Under the pieces are notes generated by a model, which did not search any database, had not been told where the DNA came from, and saw only the letters and a program-made list of their open reading frames with translations. 32,000 bases of DNA from Mycoplasmoides genitalium G37 (GTDB taxonomy: Bacteria > Bacillota_I > Bacilli_A > Mycoplasmatales > Mycoplasmoidaceae): NCBI RefSeq assembly GCF_000027325.1, contig NC_000908.2, forward strand, positions 240,001 to 272,000, given 5' to 3'. Positions 28,012 through 32,000 of this stretch are shown one piece after another (within the stretch, counting starts at the first letter, position 1; each line of letters opens with the position of its first letter). The translations under genes were made by a program, and so were the position numbers.

Positions 28012-29247
28012 ATGTACAAACCAAAAAATATTAACAGCGTATTAACCTTTTATAAGGATCAGATCCAACTGGTTGTTAGTGATGATCAAAACCAGTTCAA
28101 CATCTTGTTTTACCAAACAATTGATAACGATGGCTTTTATTCAAAACAACAGTTGAAAAACAAACTAAGACTCAAGTTAGCATTAAACCAACTAGTTGAT
28201 CAAGCTAACTATTTTCTTGGTTTTAAACTGGAAAAGGTAGTTGTTGTTCTCGCTGAACTGATTGATGATTTGAAGATCCATAATTTCAAGAGTGAGATCT
28301 TTTTTACTGGTTATGATTTTGATCATAAAGCGATGATTAAAAAAGAAAAACAACGCTTTTGTGAGCAAAATAACCAACTAACAGTTATGGATACAATGGT
28401 TTTAAACTACCATGATGTTATTAACAATAAGATCACCAAAAGCTTTGCATTTAACAAGAGCTATGTAGCTAATTTAGTGGCATATTCCTCTAAAAGTAAC
28501 CTGATCGGGGAGTTGAAGTTCTTTTTAAAAAGAAACGTTAATCTTAAGGTTAAGAAAATTATTAGTCACCACTTAGCATTAGCCAACTCCTTAAGTAAGA
28601 AACAAAACAACATGTTTGTTTATTTAGGACAAAAAACTACTGAACTGATGCTATTTATGGACAATGCTTTAGTTGATGTTATTACCAACCAGTTTGGTAA
28701 AAACCACTTTATTGATATTCCAGCTAACCAGGAAAACAAACCACTGCTTGAGTTTTTAGTTGATAACACCACTAAGATTGGTGATTGTTATTCGCTTGGT
28801 ATGACCTATACAGATGGTGATAGTTACAAAGAGATTAAGGCTTTGACTATTGGTGATTTAATGCAAACAGTTAGTGACAAGATCAAAACCTTAATTGATT
28901 TTATTAACAGTGGTTCTCTAACTTTTTTCAACAAGTTTAAAACCTTACCTAAGCTATTGTATTTTTATACAAGATCAAAACAAATTACCAACCTTTTTCA
29001 AGCTAATGTTGCACTTATCAATCCCCAGTTTAAAACTGTTGATATTTATAAGAACAAGATCCAGTTTATTAGTGAAAACTACCTGTTAAGCTGTGAAGCG
29101 ATTAGCTTGCAGATTACCAATAGAATCAAAAACCAAATTAGTTTTGATTTCACAAATGCTGATAATATTCAAAAACCTAAACCAAAAAAACACTTCATGA
29201 TCTTATCAAAACACCTAACAAAGTTTGTCCAACGCTTGGTTAAATAA
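28012..29247 (+). CDS. Hypothetical protein in the ftsA position of the dcw cluster; probable highly degenerate FtsA/actin-fold protein, 411 aa
   Basis: I prefer ATG 28012 (1 nt after the rsmH stop) to the track's GTG 27979. By-eye landmarks shared with FtsA are listed in the findings. The canonical ATP-binding DxG and DxGGG motifs are absent. Confidence 0.7.
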   Translation: MYKPKNINSVLTFYKDQIQLVVSDDQNQFNILFYQTIDNDGFYSKQQLKNKLRLKLALNQLVDQANYFLGFKLEKVVVVLAELIDDLKIHNFKSEIFFTGYDFDHKAMIKKEKQRFCEQNNQLTVMDTMVLNYHDVINNKITKSFAFNKSYVANLVAYSSKSNLIGELKFFLKRNVNLKVKKIISHHLALANSLSKKQNNMFVYLGQKTTELMLFMDNALVDVITNQFGKNHFIDIPANQENKPLLEFLVDNTTKIGDCYSLGMTYTDGDSYKEIKALTIGDLMQTVSDKIKTLIDFINSGSLTFFNKFKTLPKLLYFYTRSKQITNLFQANVALINPQFKTVDIYKNKIQFISENYLLSCEAISLQITNRIKNQISFDFTNADNIQKPKPKKHFMILSKHLTKFVQRLVK

Positions 29248-29249
29248 CT

Positions 29250-30359
29250 ATGGATGAAAATGAAACTCAATTCAACAAGTTAAACCAAGTTAAAAACAAG
29301 CTGAAAATTGGTGTTTTTGGGATTGGAGGTGCTGGTAATAACATTGTTGATGCATCACTTTATCACTATCCTAATTTAGCAAGTGAAAACATCCACTTTT
29401 ATGCTATAAATTCAGATTTACAACACCTTGCATTTAAAACGAATGTTAAAAATAAACTCTTAATTCAAGACCATACTAACAAGGGCTTTGGAGCGGGGGG
29501 TGATCCAGCTAAAGGAGCTAGTTTAGCAATAAGCTTTCAAGAACAGTTTAATACACTTACAGATGGGTATGATTTTTGTATCTTAGTTGCTGGATTTGGT
29601 AAGGGTACTGGTACAGGTGCTACCCCAGTTTTTAGCAAGATCTTAAAAACTAAGAAGATCTTAAATGTTGCTATTGTTACCTATCCATCTTTAAACGAGG
29701 GATTAACAGTGAGAAACAAAGCCACTAAGGGGCTTGAAATTCTCAACAAAGCAACTGATAGTTACATGCTATTTTGTAATGAAAAATGTACAAATGGTAT
29801 CTACCAACTAGCAAACACAGAGATAGTCAGTGCCATTAAAAACCTAATAGAACTAATTACTATTCCTTTGCAGCAAAACATTGATTTTGAAGATGTACGT
29901 GCCTTTTTTCAAACCAAAAAAACTAACCAAGATCAACAGCTTTTTACTGTTACTCACCCCTTTAGTTTTAGCTTTGATAGTAAAGATAGTATAGAACAGT
30001 TTGCTAAACAGTTTAAGAACTTTGAAAAAGTTAGTTATTTTGACCACTCTATAGTAGGAGCTAAAAAAGTGTTATTGAAAGCTAACATTAACCAAAAGAT
30101 AGTCAAGCTTAACTTCAAGCAGATCCAAGATATTATCTGAACTAAAATTGACAACTACCAACTTGAGATTAGGTTAGGGGTTGATTTTGTGACAACCATC
30201 CCTAATATCCAAATTTTTATCCTCAGTGAACACAAAAATCCAGTTTCGCTTCCCATTGATAATAAATCAACTGAAAACAACCAAAATAAGTTGAAACTTT
30301 TAGATGAGCTGAAAGAACTTGGCATGAAATATGTTAAGCACCAAAACCAAATCTACTAA
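29250..30359 (+). CDS. ftsZ: Cell division protein FtsZ, 369 aa
   Basis: GIGGAGNNIV, AGFGKGTGTGATP (tubulin signature variant) and NIDFEDV (T7 loop). The track ORF ends at TGA 30138-30140; read-through adds 73 aa ending at TAA 30357-30359. Confidence 0.9.
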
Positions 30360-30377
30360 TTAATTTAATTTATCGTT

Positions 30378-30383
30378 TAGAAT
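30378..30383 (+). promoter_or_regulatory. Candidate -10 box TAGAAT for the permease genes
   Basis: CGTTTAGAATTG lies 21 nt upstream of ATG 30405 in the 45-nt ftsZ-permease spacer. Confidence 0.35.
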
Positions 30384-30404
30384 TGCTATCTTAAGCAATA
30401 GTTT

Positions 30405-31874
30405 ATGGGTCAAATCAATCGGAAGTTTAGCGAAAAGCAGTTCTTACTTTTTGTTGTTAACTATATTGCTGGATTTGGCTTTATTGCTACTGCTATCTCA
30501 CTGTTTCGCTTAGGACCTTTTTCTTGGTTAATCTTTCTGCTTGTTAGCTTAGTTAGTTTAATTGTTACCTTATCATTCGCACGGCTTTCATCAATAGATA
30601 GTCAAAACTATGGTGGGCCTTATCTTTGGGCTAAGAAAGCGGTTGATAAAGAGAAGATAGCAGGGAGAATGTTTAGCTTTTTTACGGGGTGAAATAACTT
30701 TATCATTGGTCCTCTTTCAGCAGCAACTGCACCACTTTTTATCCTCAATTCCTTTAGTGGTATTGATGGGATTAGAGGTAACTTAGTTAACACTTGAATC
30801 CTAATTGCAATAGGTTTTTCTTTTTATGTATTACTAGCATTTATCTCAACCAAAGGAACCTCACTAAACAAGAAACTAATAGCACTATTTGCTTCAGTAA
30901 AGTGGATTGTGATCCTCTCAGCACTAATAGTAGCAATCTATGTTATTGCTAGAGATGGTAATGGTTATAGTCAAAACAATAACTTAGAAAGTGGTTTTTT
31001 TGGGAGAAGAGAGATTAGTTTTGCACAGATAGCAACGGTATTTATTACCTTCTTTTATTCTTATGCAGGGGTTGAAGATATCTCAGTGATGACTCCTGAT
31101 GTTAAAACTAATAACTTTAGAAAGATATTAATTGTCTCTTTTATAGCAGTTTTCCTCTTTTATTTCATTGGGATTATTATTCTAAATGGTTTGCAAAACA
31201 TTGCTCAAAGAGGTGGGGAAGCCAATTCAATTGGTAATGTAGCGGATATCTTTAAAAAAGCTGCTGGGCTTGGGACTTTAATCTTTTATGGAGTTGGAGC
31301 ATTGTTTAACAATGTCTCAACCAGACTTTCAACTATTATTGCCAACTCCAGAAAGATTCTTCCGCTTGCTTATGATAACTATTTACCTAGTTTCTTTTAC
31401 AAGCAAAACAAAAAAGGTGAGTTTCAGAATGCAATTTGGTTTACCTTTGGTACTACTTTAATTGCAATGACTTTGCTTGTCTTTATCCCTTTAGTTGCTT
31501 CTAACTTTGATTTTGATAATGCTACTGAGTATGCAGCATCTGTTGGCTCAGCTGCAACTTTGCTACAATATATTTTTGTTTTTTTTATAATCTTTAAGTT
31601 TATCTATAAAAAAGAACCACTCTACCAGAAAAAATGGGTTAAAACAACTGAAGAATTATTGTTTTGTTTAGGAACAATTGTCATTGTTTTAATGTTGTTG
31701 GTTTATCTGTTTCCTGTTATAGATGGATTTTCAAAATGGGAAACTAAACACACATTAACAATTGTGTTATATGGGGTTTTAAGCCTGATAGGATTGGTAC
31801 TTTTTTTGCTCCAAGAATACAAACATAAAAACAAGCAAAATGCAAACAAACAAACAACCCAAACAACAGTTTAG
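30405..31874 (+). CDS. Amino acid/polyamine (APC-superfamily-like) permease, about 12 TM segments, 489 aa
   Basis: Track ORFs 30405..30692 and 30909..31874 share a frame and join via TGA 30690-30692 and 30795-30797. Hydrophobic-helix-rich sequence runs throughout. The family call comes from overall appearance and recalled annotation of this locus. Confidence 0.75.
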
Positions 31875-32000
31875 TGAAAAGCAATTCATTGCTTTTGTCT
31901 TTAACTATATTGCTGGATTTGGCTTTATATCAGTGGTGATGACCATGTTTGATGTTGGGCCATTTTCCTATCTTGTTTTAGGGTTAACTTCGTTTGCTAT
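31840..32000 (+). CDS. Second, paralogous APC-like permease (5' part only; continues past the window)
   Basis: ATG 31840 gives [53 protein letters not shown], which parallels the N-terminus of the preceding permease ([39 protein letters not shown]). A 28-nt identical stretch occurs at 30457-30484 and 31901-31928. Confidence 0.8.
   Translation, partial: MQTNKQPKQQFSEKQFIAFVFNYIAGFGFISVVMTMFDVGPFSYLVLGLTSFA

Noticed and set aside
30382-30399. Small hairpin ATTGCT-ATCTTA-AGCAAT between the putative -10 box and the permease start codon
   Set aside because: It has only 6 bp with 2 G:C pairs and no T-tract, so it is too weak to call a terminator, attenuator or operator without further evidence.

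Overview
This AT-rich, very gene-dense window reads as core chromosome of a Mycoplasma (Mycoplasmoides) genitalium-type mollicute. From memory, not a search, the gene order matches the M. genitalium G37 MG202-MG226 interval. It can only be annotated with translation table 4 (TGA=Trp): the supplied standard-code ORF track splits or truncates 18 of the 29 CDS I call, and I rejoined these by frame and domain continuity.

Content in order:
- 3' end of an unknown gene, then tRNA-Thr on the minus strand
- parE-parC (topoisomerase IV)
- hrcA (minus), uvrC, a small metallophosphoesterase
- tsaB, rluD-type pseudouridine synthase and lspA (all minus)
- a tightly coupled plus-strand string: unknown ORF, rpsU, DivIVA-domain protein, acpS, plsC, scpA with an N-terminal extension, scpB
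- pfkA and pyk
- an 8-tRNA cluster (Cys-Pro-Met-Ile2-Ser-fMet-Asp-Phe) with a terminator
- the terminal-organelle cytoskeleton operon (P65-like Q/N/P-repeat protein, 1805-aa coiled-coil HMW2, P41-like, P24-like)
- a convergent small membrane protein and tRNA-Arg
- the minimal dcw cluster (mraZ with a 4x AAAGTG[T/G] operator, rsmH, a degenerate FtsA-position protein, ftsZ)
- two tandem paralogous APC-type permeases (the second is partial)

I found no CRISPR array, IS or transposase, integrase, phage, toxin-antitoxin, restriction-modification or other defence or accessory signature. I therefore do not claim a new system.

The items most worth a second look are:
- the degenerate FtsA-like protein and atypical FtsZ
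- the MraZ operator
- the 147-aa extension on ScpA
- the DivIVA-domain protein in a wall-less organism
- the 101-nt perfect repeat inside the P65-like gene
- the HMW2 C-terminal module
- several unusual gene-junction and tRNA features

All homology statements come from motif recognition by eye. No searches or folding programs were run.
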